The notes: generated by a model from the letters alone, not told the origin. A stretch of 64,000 bases of DNA from Saccostrea cucullata (GCF_032062105.1 NW_026935833.1:1-64000), one strand, 5' to 3'; positions 1 through 14,104 are shown, counted from the stretch's first letter. Program-made: numbers and translations.

Positions 1-192
1 GTTTAGCTATTACCCCGGTAATTAAGACTCTGCAAGAAAGTTAAATATGTTCAATAATGTATATTCACCAAACCATACCGAACTTAATACAATATCAAGT
101 AAATAAAGTCTCAAGAGAAAACTTCATCGGATTTATTTGGAAATCTTTTTTATAACTTTTGATACATTATTGATCGGGAAAAACATTTTCAG

Positions 193-1425
193 ATAAAAGT
201 TCATCAAAGGTTGACTCCTCCAAACAAAGACGTATTCATTTTCACCATAACAACAGTGGTATGGAAATGCAGGGACCTGCATCAACGAGTAAACTTGAAA
301 AGCGAGTGAGCAAATCAAAAGGAAAACAACCAAGTCTTGGTATTGAAAACTCAGAAACTAATTCTGTAAAATCAGTCAATTTGCAAAGGAAAAATATCCA
401 ACAGAAATCAAGATTTCTGGCGGCAAAAACAAAGAAAGTGGCTCGATGTTCTCATAAAAAGACTAAAAATAGCCAGGAAAAAGTAGAGAAAAACGTTAAA
501 TCAAAACTACAAATAAATGATCCAGATGCTGGGAAAAGGGGGACAGTGGGAAAATTAAGGAACCAAAGGAAGATGGCAGAGGCAAACAAACAAAGCTTAC
601 CCAAAGGTCAAAAATTAACGAAGAATATCAAAAATTCTAAAGAGTCGGAAGTTTACACATCTGCACCAAGGGCATTCTCTGACTTGTTTTTAATAAACCT
701 TGATATAAAATTTAATCTCAAATCAAGTCTTGGAAGTATTCATGGAATCAGTATATCAGATGGCAATATATGGGTGAATTACTTATCAATGAAACAGGTA
801 AAAATGCTCAGTTCTTCGGGTGAGATTCTCAGATGTTTCAGTCTAGACCATTGCCAGCCAGTGCTTAATTGTTCCTTGCCATCAGGCGAACTTCTCGTGA
901 CCCAAGGTTATGCTGGTGATTCTAAGCCAATAATTACGTCAATATCACCGGAAGGAACCGTCAAGATTTTTGCTGATCTTTCATCATATGCTAAGCACTT
1001 GTTCGGAATTCTCTGTAAAGATGAGAAAATATATGTCATTGGATGCAACACGCTAGAAGGTAACCACTTTGTTCTTCGACTTAATTTGATTGGAGAAGTA
1101 GAGCATGTGTACAATTCCAATCTGCCTTCTGAAAATATAAAAGGCTTAATTTCTCTCAATGGACAAGTAGTTGGCCTTCTCGACTGTGTTAAACAAAGTT
1201 TTCAACAGGAACATGTATGCAGCAAGTGCATCTGTAGACAATCATGGGAATGTTATTATAGGAACAGGCACAAAACTCACCTTCATCAACCCAAGTTTGG
1301 AAAAATCGCATGAAATAAGCACTGGCTTTTCTTCAAACATCATTGCCACAGCTGTAGACAACCAGGATCAACTGTGGATAGGTACTGTGGATGGAGAGTT
1401 GTTCGCTGCAAAATATCTTCTGTAG
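193..1425 (+). pseudogene. Basic-tail beta-propeller family member A' (exon 2), frameshifted
   Basis: Acceptor ttttcag|AT at 192/193 is in frame with ORF 261..1313. A 47-nt deletion relative to the paralog (22195..22241) at ~1179 shifts the frame, and the remaining blades lie in ORF 1171..1425 (..DNQDQLWIGTVDGELFAAKYLL). Exon 1 would lie left of the window. Confidence 0.8.
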
Positions 1426-1449
1426 TTTGATAATTATTGTATAAATAAT

Positions 1450-1616
1450 TAAAAGTAAAAATCCAAAAATATCATAAAACATTTACTGCAAGCGTTTTCG
1501 CCATGTTCTGCTCTTCAGGCAGTTTTACAAATGTCAGGTAGGTTGCCTGAAGGGCCGAACATAGCGAAAGTGCTTGCAGTAAATGTTTTGTGATATTTTT
1601 GGATATTTACTTTTAA
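1450..1616. mobile_element. Palindromic MITE / fold-back element
   Basis: Imperfect ~70-bp inverted arms (AAAACATTTACTGCAAGC..TTCAGGCA / TGCCTGAA..GCTTGCAGTAAATGTTTT). Absent at the paralogous site ~22493. Confidence 0.75.
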
Positions 1617-1821
1617 ATATACAAAAAAAACTGAACCGATTTTTCATTTTGTTTTTGAAATTAAATAATTAAATATATACTCAGCCTTCACTACATTGTA
1701 AATCATATTGTTTAGATTGAATACAAGGTGTATATAAAAAAAATTGGAGATGTCATGTTATTTTTCTATCACATTTGATACACATCTTGAGCTCAGTTAA
1801 AACACACACACACACACTTAA

Positions 1822-2607
1822 CGAGGCCGAGTCTAATTCGAGTGCGCATGACTTTACGCAGCTTTCTAATTTCCTCAACTCATTTGTGCGACAGTACACC
1901 TTTGCCATATATTCATATTTTAATACAAAATTAACATTATCTGTAATCCCTACTGGTCTGAAAATGTGATTTTAGGGCAATAATTTGGAAAAACGCTGAA
2001 ATGACTTGAACGACGTCACCATTTTCCGATTTTGTAAGCAATGTATGACGCTGAAAAATGACGCATGACTCGCTTGTATGTTCAGGACGCCCATGGATAT
2101 TATACTAAAAACTGATGACAGAACATTCAAAGAAACATCAAGCAATCTAAACATTGCTATTTTTTACCAAAAAAAAAAGAAGTCATATGCGCCGATAATT
2201 CATCTGCACTGATATGTATTTACCGTAATATGGCAATTTTAGAGGTATTGGGCTTTGAAAAAATAAACTTTCTAATTATCTCCTAGACCCACCTAGATGG
2301 TCAACTTTTTTGAAATTTCACAGTTTGGTAACTTTTTACACTAACTTTTGAATGTCATTTGAATATAAAAAATATCCCTGGGGCAGAAATACAGAAAATA
2401 TGGGGAAAAAAATGAGATCATTTGGCGCTTTTCGAACAAATTCCCATAGGGTCCAATAGTAAAATTTGACTTTTGAAATGACCCTCTTAGAAATTGGGAT
2501 GGTAAATATTTGATTTTTTAATCTTAAAACAATAAATATAACAGTAAAAACTAATTATCAAAAAATTATCAAAATCCCTATGGCAGAAATAATTAGACTC
2601 GGCCTCG
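1822..2607. mobile_element. Non-autonomous TTAA-targeting DNA transposon
   Basis: TIRs CGAGGCCGAGTCTAATT / AATTAGACTCGGCCTCG, flanked by TTAA and TAAA. The paralogous empty site acacTTAAaggc is at ~22631. Confidence 0.85.
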
Positions 2608-3887
2608 TAAAAGGCAATCGTTACGAATTCCACGGTACATATTCTGGTCACTTTGAACTTCAATAGGTATCAATAGCCTAGAAACTCTAAAAGATATATT
2701 ACCCCTTGTCCCCTTCCCATCTTGATATTAATGTACATGTTGTCAATGCAAAATAGGGTCAAATTGTCTAAACTTGAAGACCATTTCCATGCTGAGCTAC
2801 CAAGTCTGTGACTACCACTTGTTTGGTTTGCTGAGTTATACTACAGTACCAAGATGGCCGATTGCAATCTGTTTTGTCTGTCATCATGAGGCATATGTTA
2901 CATGTAACATTTGAACATTTTCAGCTTCATCTCTGTAACTGCTCAATTATTTTCAAATAATTTTGACGTAAAGCATCTAGATTATTGGCAAAGGACAGAC
3001 AAAGATTTTGAATTTCATGTTCTCTGCTTCTCTTCCTCTTATCCCAACCTACTGGTTTTTGCCAAATACAACAAAACCAATGCAAAATATATTTTGCTTA
3101 TTGAATAAAGCAGTCAACTATTAGCATGATTAATAATCAGAATCAATCAATAAGAGTCCAATTTATGCATATTTATTTTATTTTATTTAATAAAATTGAA
3201 TGCCAAATCTTTAATAATTAATTGTACAAAAAAATGATTCAGGAATACCTGGTATTTAGATCAAAGATATTAATAATTTTTGTGATCTCTCTTGCATACA
3301 AAAATACATACCATATCAAAGCAAATGTCAAGCTACTTCATGAAAATAATGGCACTTGATATTTGTACAATTGTAAACTTAGAAAAAAAATATACACTCT
3401 ATAAAAATAAGTTGGTGAATTTCATACACGTTCCATACACAACAAGACACAACTGCACCATTCATTTTAACAACAAAAACATTGCATCATTCACAACCAT
3501 CCAAATAATTCAGGAATGTAATACAAGTATATAAAAAAGGTAAAATGACAATATATATTCATAATCAATTAATAAAGTTAAATCATAATACATAAATAAA
3601 AAGTTAATTCTATTAAATGGAATGATTCATTAAAAATGATATGTTCACATGAATGTGGACAGAATTCACAACAACATGTCAATATTGCCTCATAAAATTG
3701 ATATGTTCATTGAGCATTGCATAATGAAATTAAAAACAAATATATAGATAAAGGTACATGTATAATTAAAAACTCAATAATAGTAATAATTGTAAAAGGA
3801 AGGAAACATTTGATTTCAGTGATTTTTTTTTCTGAATTTAATCCTTGAGGTCTTTGGTAAGTTGTCCCCCCCTAGGGCCACCCTTAA

Positions 3888-6800
3888 TCAGTAGTCTTTG
3901 GGTCTATTTCTATAGTTGACAATACACAGGGCTATGATAATTATGACTAGCAGTGAAGATAAGGCTGTCAGTGACCAAGTGGAGACCTGAAAATTCTCAC
4001 TGGTGTCCTGTAATGGTGCTGTGGTGACGATAGCTGCAAAACAAAAACACAATTAGTACCAGACTTGTATTCAATATTTGAAGTACAAGAATTTTGAACT
4101 AGAACTGTCCATTAGGGACAAATACCCCCGCTGTGTTTTTTCAGAGTAGGTGCCAATTCACAAATATTTTATGGATCTATTAAGAGGTGTTCACTATTGT
4201 CTTAAAACAAATCGAGTGAAAATATAATTGCGGTGAAAATATAATTGCATGCTCATTAATTTTTTTCAATTTATGAATCTAAGGTGCAACCAAATAAAAC
4301 ATCAATACTAATACACTGTAATAGTTTTTTTTTTAAATTTCATTAAAAAAAGAAACTGCAATTATTTGTCATGCTACTCTGAAAAATAATTGTTGAAAAA
4401 AGAAATATTATACAGAATCAAATTAATCTTTATAACTTTATATCAAATTCACTTTAAAAATAATAAAGTGCCCAACACAGCATGATACTCCAGTCAAATA
4501 TTGTTCATTCAATTAATATAAACAGTTTAGAGTGTGAGGAAATCATGGCAACCTTTAAAAAGATTTCCATATTTTTTTTTCCTTTTGATATTTGTTTAAA
4601 CATCTCCTGTGGTGTAAGCATTAATTATAACAAATAATCATCAAATGGTTGCATTATAGCTTGACAAATGCTCCTCCCCCACAAACAAACACATATGCAT
4701 ATATCTTTCATGTGGGACATGATGCTCTGAAATTTGTTACTTGATATTTTAATTTTTTTTTTAAATAAATCAATTTAACTAATTAGTATTAAAAACTTAA
4801 CCTATAACAAATTGATTTTAGAAATAGAAGGCTGGCCATCAAATGACATATGCTATTTAAACTGACCAGCAGTTCCTCTGTCTAATTCCCAAAGGACCTT
4901 AATCAGAGATAACAGCTAACAGAAATGATTGAGACAGCTAGCTTTCCTACATTGAACTCATTAATTAATCTTTGACTGGATGCATGTCCACTGATAAATG
5001 CCAAGGGATGCAATTTTCTGTTATCAAAATTCTCCTTGACCAGTGCTTGATAATTATACCCTTGGGAGAGGTAGATTATCTCTTATAAAATAACATTTGT
5101 TAAGGATTGCTGTAAAGTATATAATGAAAAAATATTATTTTCTTAATTTAACATTTTTTAAACAGGGATACAGAAACACTCTTATATTTTTGGGATTGTG
5201 TAATTCAATAGTAAATGACAGGTTTCTTTTTAAAATTTCACTTAAATTAAAGGTCATGGTGACCTTAAAATAGGTCATGACACACCTTCTACCCAAGATG
5301 CATAAACTGGCCAAGTTTGATGATTGTCAGTCTAATAGTTTTCTAGTTATGAACCAAACAAAACCATAAAAGAAAAAAGAAAAAACACCTGTAAAATGCA
5401 GAAAAATTACCCAATCATGATGAAAATACCAGGTGCACAACTTCATATGGTGAATAATAATTTTCAGACAAATCCATCCAACAGTTTCTGAGAAACGGTC
5501 CGGACAAAATCTTGTCTACAGACAGACAGACAGATGGACAGACAGACGGACATGCTGATTCCAATATACCCCCCTAAACTTCGTTTGCGGGGGTATAATA
5601 ATCTGTCAGAGTAGACCAACCTCATGCAAAATTATAAATCATTTACACACTTTTTCTGTATTGTAACAAAAAGTCAAGTCAGCCTAATTATCAAGATTTT
5701 TTCCTTTGTATACTAAACCTATACTAAACATTCTGATCGTTGATAAAAAAAAATTTGTATCTCATAGGCTCCTAGGTTTTATAGGTTTTCGTACAGAAAT
5801 TGATACAGAATAATAAAGAACTTCATCCCTAAGACTTACTTTGAGGGCGCGAGGCCAGCTGTGGGAAGTACGTGGACCAGAATCCGTAGTCCTTCTGTCT
5901 GAAGTTTGTGTAGTTGTAGGAAGAGTTACTGATGTAAAAATAGCTGTGGTTGTATATATTATGCTCTCGCCATGTCACATTTTTAAAATTAATCAGATTA
6001 AATCGCCTAGGGATAGGATCACTGCAAGAAAAAAATTATTTTTTATATAATCAGATGATTTAAAAACTTCCACTGTTCAAGTCTTGTAAGAGAAAGTCTA
6101 GTCCTCAGGCAAGACAATAAGATTTGGAATTCTCATTTCTAAACTGACAGTAAAGATACCACTATATGTACCCTAGGTTTACTAAACTTAAAAGAAAAAT
6201 AATATCTTTTTAATACTAGATTTTTTCCTAAGCCTTGATTGATGCAAATAAGCTTTGAAAGACTTGTTGCATATACATTTTTTTGCAATTACTGCATCAA
6301 TTTCTCCCAAGAATGACTTTGATTTTGAGGTACATCATTCATAAGTGTGGTAAGCAAACATTTATCACATCTCCTCATTGCTTCAATTCAGTTGTTTTTA
6401 AAGATATTGTTTACTGACCCATAAGAGGAGAAGTTTGTCCACAGACTCATCATGTATTCACTCATATTCCTGTCTGCATAGTCATACTGCTGCCTAGGGT
6501 ACAAGCCCAGTATGTTTGTGTATGTCTGGTTTATGAAGGGGAAACCAAAGATATACTGAAGTTCTTGTCCATGTGCAACACCTACAAAAATGAAACAGAC
6601 ATTTCAATGAATGCAACCAATGAATTCAAAATAATCATAATCAAAATGTATATTTGTATATAGGGGAGATCCGTCCAATTCTGGACACAGGGTAATTCCG
6701 GACAAATAATACAGTCTTTCTCTTTTGTCTTATTTTTCGGTGATTATAAATAAATGAAGTACATTCGGAAAAGCAGGTTGTCATTGTTGTCTTTTTCTAA

Positions 6801-9800
6801 AACATAATGATTCTAGAGTATTCTGAATGCTATAATTACGTCAAAAGTTAGACTTTGGACTTTTACGTTCCTGAAATCACTAGGCCTAGGCGGCAAAATT
6901 TAAACAAATTAAGGGCAATTTGACATAGAATTAAAACAACATCTAAGATAAATATTTATTTCCATTTATTTTTTTAAAATTTCTTATGTAGAGAGCATAT
7001 GTTTAAAAAGAAAAAAATGTGATGAATAATACAAAAAAATGTTAATTTTTTCATTAGATTTTATCAAACAATGTGTTCCGATTTCCCCCACTGATTTTTT
7101 TCTAGGTGGGGGAATTCCGGACGCTTGGTTTTATGGGTAGACAGACATCTCGGCCCAACGACACCTCGGCCCGTGACGGTTGACACCTTGGCCTGGACGG
7201 GTGGGCCCAAAATTATTGACACATCGGCCCATATAAAAGACCCACGAAAAAATGAGTCCAGTGCCTGAATTATTGTTTTTATTTAATTAATTACTCTTTC
7301 AGACGATTGAATGATTTTCTTTATAAAAATCAAATTGGGAAGGGGGAGGCTCTATAATATTTTTATGCAAGTCCCTAACCCGCATCTCTCTCTCTCCTGT
7401 AAAAATGTGCAATATACATGCTAAGTAATGTAAAACTTAAGCATGCTTTGTTTAACGAAGTGGCAAGTTGTTGGAATGCATTTTCTCACAAAAAAAAATT
7501 GTTCAAAGCACATATAGCTCTCCTGTCCGGATTTACCCCGCCTCTGTCTGGAATTACCCCATGTTGTCCGGACTTGCACTATTTCACCATCTGAATTCAT
7601 TTTGTTATACATAAAAGATATTTCACTGTGTTTCATGAGAATTTTCATTGCATTTTGTTGCCAAAAAGTGTTTCCATACTTTACCACTTGAAATCATAGT
7701 GTGTTGAGTGTTTATTTTCGTTTGCTGGGTGATACATATTAAAACAGGACAAAAGTGTCCAGAATTGGACAGATCTCCCCTATATACCAATCTGAAAAGT
7801 GTCAAGTTTGTGGGTGTTAACCAGAATGCTTTAACCAGAATGCTAAATTATTATGAGCACCTGCCTTTACACAGGTTACAGCAAGGAACCTGTAATATAC
7901 AAGGAAGAGTACAATTCAGACTCTCTGCTTATGGAGGGGCCTGGCATAAGAGTTTGTAGACCTATATTTAATGTATATTGCAGTAAAATTTTTGCTATTG
8001 AGACTTTACCAAAGAAAAACACCTTGCAGAAAAAAATTTACAGAATACATGCCTCTATAATATGGAAGATAGTCATTCCAAGAAAAATAGTTGAAGACAT
8101 AGAAAAATGTCTTGTTCTTTGCTGTTTGAAATCTCAAAGCCTCATTCATTCCTGTACCAAACATGTAGTCAGACATCATCTAAGACAAAAATAAAAAAAT
8201 GTTAAATCTCTAAAAGACAGGATTAGACAAATTAAAAACTCTTATACTACATGTAGTATTCTATTTCAACAGACTCTCCCTCTCTCTAAAGCTTATACAT
8301 TTGATGTTTGAACTTTTGCAAGCACCTTTTCTTACAAGTTACAAAACAATTATAAAATTCATTGATTCTATCAAGAATAAAAAGTTTATATCTGTATTAA
8401 TTAGAAGTACCTGTACTCCTCGCACAGTAAAGGCTTGAATGTTACGTGTTATAAAAATCAAACCAGCCCTTTTAAATAAATACATCATCGGTATCTTATT
8501 TAATCAGCCATATTAGTAAGCGAGGATAGGATTCCTCAAGATTTATAAACTTAATTTATATACTTACGTCGATGGTTTTGTGGAGGATCATGGTCTGATT
8601 CTTGGGCTGTGGCCAGTAAGTATACTGGTAAATCAGGGCGTCTCTCGTAACACTATCTCTTACTCCTCTATCACTTAGAAACTCATTAATTATATTGTCA
8701 AACTGAATCTTCTGTATGCCTTCATCTAGGGTTGGCAAATTAGCTGTACAGATTTACCAAAAAAATTAAATTTATTTTTTACATAGTAAACCATACATTG
8801 AATAATAACAATGTAATATGGAAAAAAAACCAGAAGTCTCTGTCGAGACTGTAGCTCTACTGGTTTGTACTTATCAAAAACCATTGCACTATTTTATGTA
8901 TCTTTGTGTAGTCTACCTGTGTGCCAAGTTATATTGAAATCAGACTAAAACTGTAGAAGGAGTAGCGTTCTAAAGGAATTTCACAGAAAATTCTATTTTT
9001 AGTAACCATGGCAACACCGTTCATCGAAATCAAAAACCGATGCACTATTCTATGTATCTTAGTGTAGTCTGCTTGTGTGCCAAGTTATATTGAAATCAGA
9101 CTAAAACTGTAGAAGGAGTAGCGTTTTAAAGGAATTTCACAGAAAATTCTATTTTTAGTAACCATGGCAACACCGTTTCGAAATCAAAAACCGATGCACT
9201 ATTCTGTGTATCTTAGTGTAGTCTACTTGTGTGCCAAGTTATATTGAAATCAGACCAAAACTGTAGAAGGAAATTAAAATTTCACAGAAAATTCTATTTT
9301 TAGTAACCATGGCAACACCGTTCATCGAAATTAAAAACCAATGCACTATTCTATGTATCTTAGTGTAGTCTACTTGTGTGCCAAGTAATATTGAAATCAG
9401 ATTAAAATTGTAGGAGGAGTAGCGTTTTGAAAAATTGTTTACAGACAGACGGACAGACAGACAGACGGACGGACGCCGGACGCATTACTATCGCATAAGC
9501 TCTTCTGGTCTCTGACCAGTAGAGCTAAAAATTAAGCCATTCATGAGTATATTTCAGCACACTTTAGATAAAATAATCTCAACATTTTCAAAAAATCTCA
9601 TCTTGTTTATTTTTTTTTTTATAAAATGCTTACAGACTCTGGTTTATTTTTCACTAATAATAAAATACTCACGAATGAAGAAGGACCCATCGTCTTTGTT
9701 GAGGCCTCCCATCACTACAATAGGTTTGAAGTTGTAGAGTTCTCTCATTTGTTTGGGATGGTCTGGTAGAAATGCAGCGACTGTCCCCACCAATGATCCA

Positions 9801-12079
9801 TCCACTAATGGACCCCAGGGGTTCCCCACAGAGCCAGGCTGAAAGAGTGGAGGAAACAGAAACTTTACTTAACAAAATTTTAGATATTTTTTTTCTTAGT
9901 ATTTGAAAAATTTGCAATTTGTACATTAAAATTAAAACATTATGTGCATCAAGAGTTAGTTAAGGAAAACTGTAGAACAAATATTTGAATAAAATTATTT
10001 TGAATGTTTTACTGAATGTAGTATCTTTTTGAATAAAGAAAAAAATGCGACAAACATAGTTATAATGAATTGACGCTTACAGAAAAGAAATTTTCATTCC
10101 CAAAGGCTTTAAAATATATTGTGATCTTCATGGATATAACAAATTATGCTCATAGCGAAGGAAAATCATCCATCCCTGACACTTTCTTTTCAGGAGTGTT
10201 TTACTTTAATGTATGATTTTTATTAAACCTACCCTTAGTCTGACTTTGGACGAGGCATTTACAATCTCTCCAAACGACCTGTGTTCCCTGAGACACTGAG
10301 TCAACCTGAACATGTCCCCTGTAGGGCAGCCCAGCTCACGGGCCAGCTCCTGGGCATAATACTGGGCATCATTATTAGTCTTTATAATAGCCCACTCACT
10401 CCTGTCTGAACCACTCTGCATGATGGCCCGATGGAAGAGGTCTGAATTTAGAGTAAATATAATAATTTCATTAATAAAAAGAATACACTGTACTGAAATA
10501 GAAATACTGTAGCTCATCAACAGTAAAACCTTGTGCTTTGCAATATTTGGATTACCCTCTTACACTACTGTTGTTAGAATCTGCTCTATGTACTTACTGA
10601 CACTCCTTGGGGAGAGAATCTGTAAGCCAACACTTGAGGCTCCTGTATTTTGTCCGAAAATGGTGATGATCCCGGGATTTCCTCGGAAACTTCTGATATT
10701 TTCTTTTACAAACTCCAGTGCCCTGACCTGGTCCCACATTCCGTAATTCCCTGGAGAGTTGGCATCATTGGTACACAAAAACCCTACAGAATGAGTCAAT
10801 ATTGTGAATGTAACAAAGAGAAACATACTGGGAATATACAAGGGACAAGTTACACTTTTCTTAACTAACTAAAATTTACATAATGAGTCAAAATCATGTG
10901 TTTCTTTTAAGAAAATTAAGATTCCTGTGAAACATGAATGTAGCCAACTCAGCTGCACTGTAGAGCAAAGAAAAAACTCCAACATGTAAGTGCCGGAAAA
11001 ACAAATGTTGTATCTATCGCTTTGATTTTTATCGTCAATGTCAACCATGTCAATGTCAACTGTCCTGCATTTTTAGCATGAAACTTGTAAACAACATTGA
11101 ATTGAAGCAAGCAGAAGTGCGGAATAAGTTATGATAATCTTTTTTTTAACTTTATTTTGTATCGAAATTCTCAGTTATCCAACATTTATTACTGTGGAAT
11201 TAACTGTGGTTTTGTATCTACAGAATAAAACGTCTTACCAAGAGGTTTTAGTCAATAATTATAAGTAATCTAATCACCTATTGGGTCTCTTACTTAGAAA
11301 TGCCTTCTTGTAGTTAAAAGAAACTATTCCCTTTTGGGCATCTTACAAATTACATGTAGTACTTGGAAGTTGTCAGCAATTAGAGGTGAATAAACCAAGT
11401 TTGGTTCTCTTGTCTAGTGCTATTATTGTTTTGTAAATTGCTGTTGCAGTTCACTTCCTGACATGAAGTTAAATGCAACGATACTCAGGCAAATGCTTCT
11501 AGTCTTGCTTGAATATATTTAATGGTTACCATACCCTGCCATGGGCTCTTGCCATATAAAACTAATTTTAGTTGAAAGCTTTCTCAGTAAGTCTTGATTT
11601 CTCTTACCTAGTGGCCCCAGTCTGTAGTTAAATGTGACCACCACCACATCCCTCTCTGCCAGGAAGACCCCGGGGTACTCCTGTGAGGCCCCCATGGTGT
11701 ACCCCCCACCATGGATAAAGACCATTACTGGATAAAGTGTGGGACTATTGCTAGGGATTTCTTCTGTATTCTATAGATACAAAACATATATTATTAAAAT
11801 AATTGAGTATATAGTGAACATCATCAGCATTTGGAAAGGTTGAAGAATCATAATGAACATAATTTTGTGTAAAATATAAACATTCTGAAAATGAAAGAAC
11901 TTGGATAAAATCATGTAGCTTACACTTGGTGCAAAAATGTTCATGTAGAGACAGTCTTCGCTGATGTTGGCACTGCCCATGTTTGGAACAGTTTCCCTGA
12001 CATACCACAGATGTTGTGGACAGGCTGGTTTGTAGGATTTAGCCTGCAATACTCCCTCCCAATATGGTCGCTCTGGCTT
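3888..12079 (-). CDS. Catalytically inactive carboxylesterase type B / neuroligin-like membrane protein, copy 1: exons 2-11 intact, exon 1 absent locally
   Basis: Exons 11924-12079, 11608-11770, 10598-10783, 10233-10441, 9673-9838, 8568-8743, 8053-8179, 6419-6581, 5840-6021 and 3888-4033 have the same lengths and phases as copy 2, with no stop or frameshift seen. Motifs EDCLY, HGGGY, NYRLG, GQNTG, GVAHGQE, a TM helix and tail NYRNRPKDY*. Confidence 0.8.
4097..5599 (+). mobile_element. Helentron/Helitron-derived non-autonomous element (HINE/CvA-like) in esterase-like intron 10
   Basis: Starts AACTAGA. Ends with a (GACA/GACG)n microsatellite and hairpin ATACCCCC..GGGGGTATAAT. Absent in the paralogous intron at ~24120. 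Confidence 0.75.
6663..7780. mobile_element. Non-autonomous DNA transposon with TIRs, TA target
   Basis: TIRs GGGGAGATCCGTCCAATTCTGGACAC / GTGTCCAGAATTGGACAGATCTCCCC, flanked by TATATA on both sides, with subterminal AATTCCGGAC repeats. Confidence 0.9.
8826..9530 (+). mobile_element. HINE-like element with about 4 internal ~150-bp tandem repeats
   Basis: Units start AAAAACC(A/G)xTGCACT at ~8876, 9032, 9186 and 9333, followed by (GACA/GACG)n and terminal hairpin AGCTCTTCTGGTC..GACCAGTAGAGCT. Absent in the paralog. Confidence 0.8.
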
Positions 12080-12665
12080 CTACAAAGTTCGACAAAGGCT
12101 TTATATAATTTTAAAGAGCCACATGTCTATAAATATGAAATATCCTTGCAATATAACTGATACCGAGGCTAGAGTTTGCCATCATATTGAATTGCATTAG
12201 TTACCCTTAAAGCAATAAAGAGCACAATGACCTAGATAAGATTTAAGTAAATTGGTTTGCTACAATTCATGCAGCATATCCCAATTTTTAAAATCCTACT
12301 GACTGAAAATTCAATTAAAAGATCTTGCAAAGTTCAATTTGTTTTCTATGTATTCACAATTGATGAGTCCTTGATCGATCAGTGTTATACATGTATGCCG
12401 TATTACGCGGCTAGTTTAATTGTATCTCTGTTTTTTAACATTTTGTCATGCAAAAATATTAATCCTTTATTAAATTAGCATTCAACAGAATTTAGAAGGT
12501 TGCCAAAAGTAAACATATAAATACACATATAAAATTAATACAATGATACAAAAAAGAAATTTTTTAACAGATACAAAAATATTTAATTTGTTTGCAATGA
12601 ATTTTTTTGAATTGTAAATTTCTTTATCTCTACAAATTTAACAGTGATAGAAAACTTTTTTTCAG

Positions 12666-14104
12666 ATGTTAATTCGACAGAAGTCCAAAACGCCAAAAAG
12701 AGACGGGTCCAGACAGGCAAAAGTGATCAGAAAACTGAAAGAAAGGTGACCTTATCAGCTGGAGAACGTAAACGTCATCCTAAAGATGTAGGTCAAGGAA
12801 AGGATAAAGAGGCACAGCTTCAGGATGTCAGTGTGAAGGAGTCATTGAAAAGAAAACGCGGGAAGAAATCGGAAGACTCTGCCCGTTCTGATGTAGTATT
12901 TAAAACGAAGATTGCTAAGCGAGTGCTTCGGTCTTCAATTAACTACAACAAAGATAGAAATGAAAAGGTAAACAAGCAGGCTGATTCTAAACAGAGGTTA
13001 GGATTAAAGAAAAACGGGGACAAAAAGAGAGACGTTCAACGTAGAAATCTGTCTGAGAAATTTAAAACCCAAAGTACACAGAAAAAGACCACGAAATCAA
13101 TAGTAAGAGGTTCGGCCCATAATAGGAAACCAATTTCAAAGAAGGAAGAACAATCAAGACCAAATAGTCGCCTGAATGCTAAAGCTGAAAGCTTTAAAAA
13201 GTCAAAAGCAAAGACGAACAAAAAAATTTTGCCGAAAAATAATCGCATCAGAAAGCGCGCTCAGAAAGTACAAAATTCCGTACCAGATGTAACGTCTGCA
13301 AAACCCTTTTCAAACTTGTTTTTAAAGAAAATTACTGTAAAAAATCATCATACAATACACGAGAAGGAAGGGAATATACATGGGATCAGTGTATCTGAAG
13401 ACAATCTAGTATGGGTGAACCATTTGATAAATACAGTACATCTTCGACATACAACAGGGAAGATGATAAGAAGTTTTAAATTAGATTTCAGACCCGTATT
13501 CAATTGCTGCACACCCTCTGGTGACATTCTTGTAACACAGGGATATGGTGCCGGTGCTAAGCCTACAATAAGCTTAATATCAAGAGAGGGAGATGTAAAA
13601 GAGTTAGCCGATCTTTCCTCGTATGCTTCAAATCTTTGTGGAATTTTATGTCAAGATGAAAGAATATACGTTGTAGCCTTTATGGCACTAGATAAGAATT
13701 ATTTCGTTATCAAACTTAATATGAACGGAGAAGTTGAACACGTTTATCACACACAAAAAGCGTCAGAAAATATAAATCAGATTATTTCTATAAATGGTCA
13801 AATAGCTGCACTTCGTACAAACTCTGACGGTTTTATGCCTTTGGAAGTTGATCACATTTCACCAAGAAAGATGAACAAAATTAACATAACCTTATACTCT
13901 GCGAGTGCCTCAGTGGACAAGTTTGGGAACGTTATCATGGGATCAAACGCCTCCCTCTTCATCATAAATCCAGGTCTGGAGTACATGCACGAAATACCAA
14001 CTGGTACATCTGAGGAAATAATCTCAACAGCTACTGATCAACAAAATCAACTGTGGTTCGGTACCAGATCTGGAAAACTCTACTCTACAAAATACCTTAA
14101 ATAA
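12666..14104 (+). CDS. Basic-tail beta-propeller family member B: intact large exon 2, no exon 1 found
   Basis: Acceptor ttttcag|AT at 12665/12666 with the same phase-1 pattern as the paralogs. About 215 aa K/R/S-rich region, then FSNLFLKKI..GNIHGISVS..TQGYG..DQQNQLWFGTRSGKLYSTKYLK. The first in-frame Met lies inside the propeller, so an upstream exon is needed. Confidence 0.75.

Larger units (their letters stand above)
1..12331. repeat. Segmental duplication, left copy (paralogous to 20998..30934); extends beyond the left window edge
   Basis: Position 1 GTTTAGCTATTACCCCGGTAATTAAGACTCTGCAAG recurs at 20998. Colinear identity runs through the propeller gene, intergenic DNA and esterase-like exons/introns until AAAAGATCTTGCAAA (ending ~12331 vs ~30934), interrupted only by copy-specific insertions. 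Confidence 0.95.

Noticed and set aside
5841-8194. Plus-strand ORFs conserved in both duplicates (5841..6050 / 24349..24663 and 7853..8194 / 26441..26710)
   Set aside because: They are antisense shadows of esterase-like exons 10 and 8.
12644-12665. Single-exon gene starts at GTG 12644 (and ATG 18181 for gene C)
   Set aside because: Both lie in intron ends just before phase-1 acceptors shared by the family. Gene C has a clear upstream coding exon.
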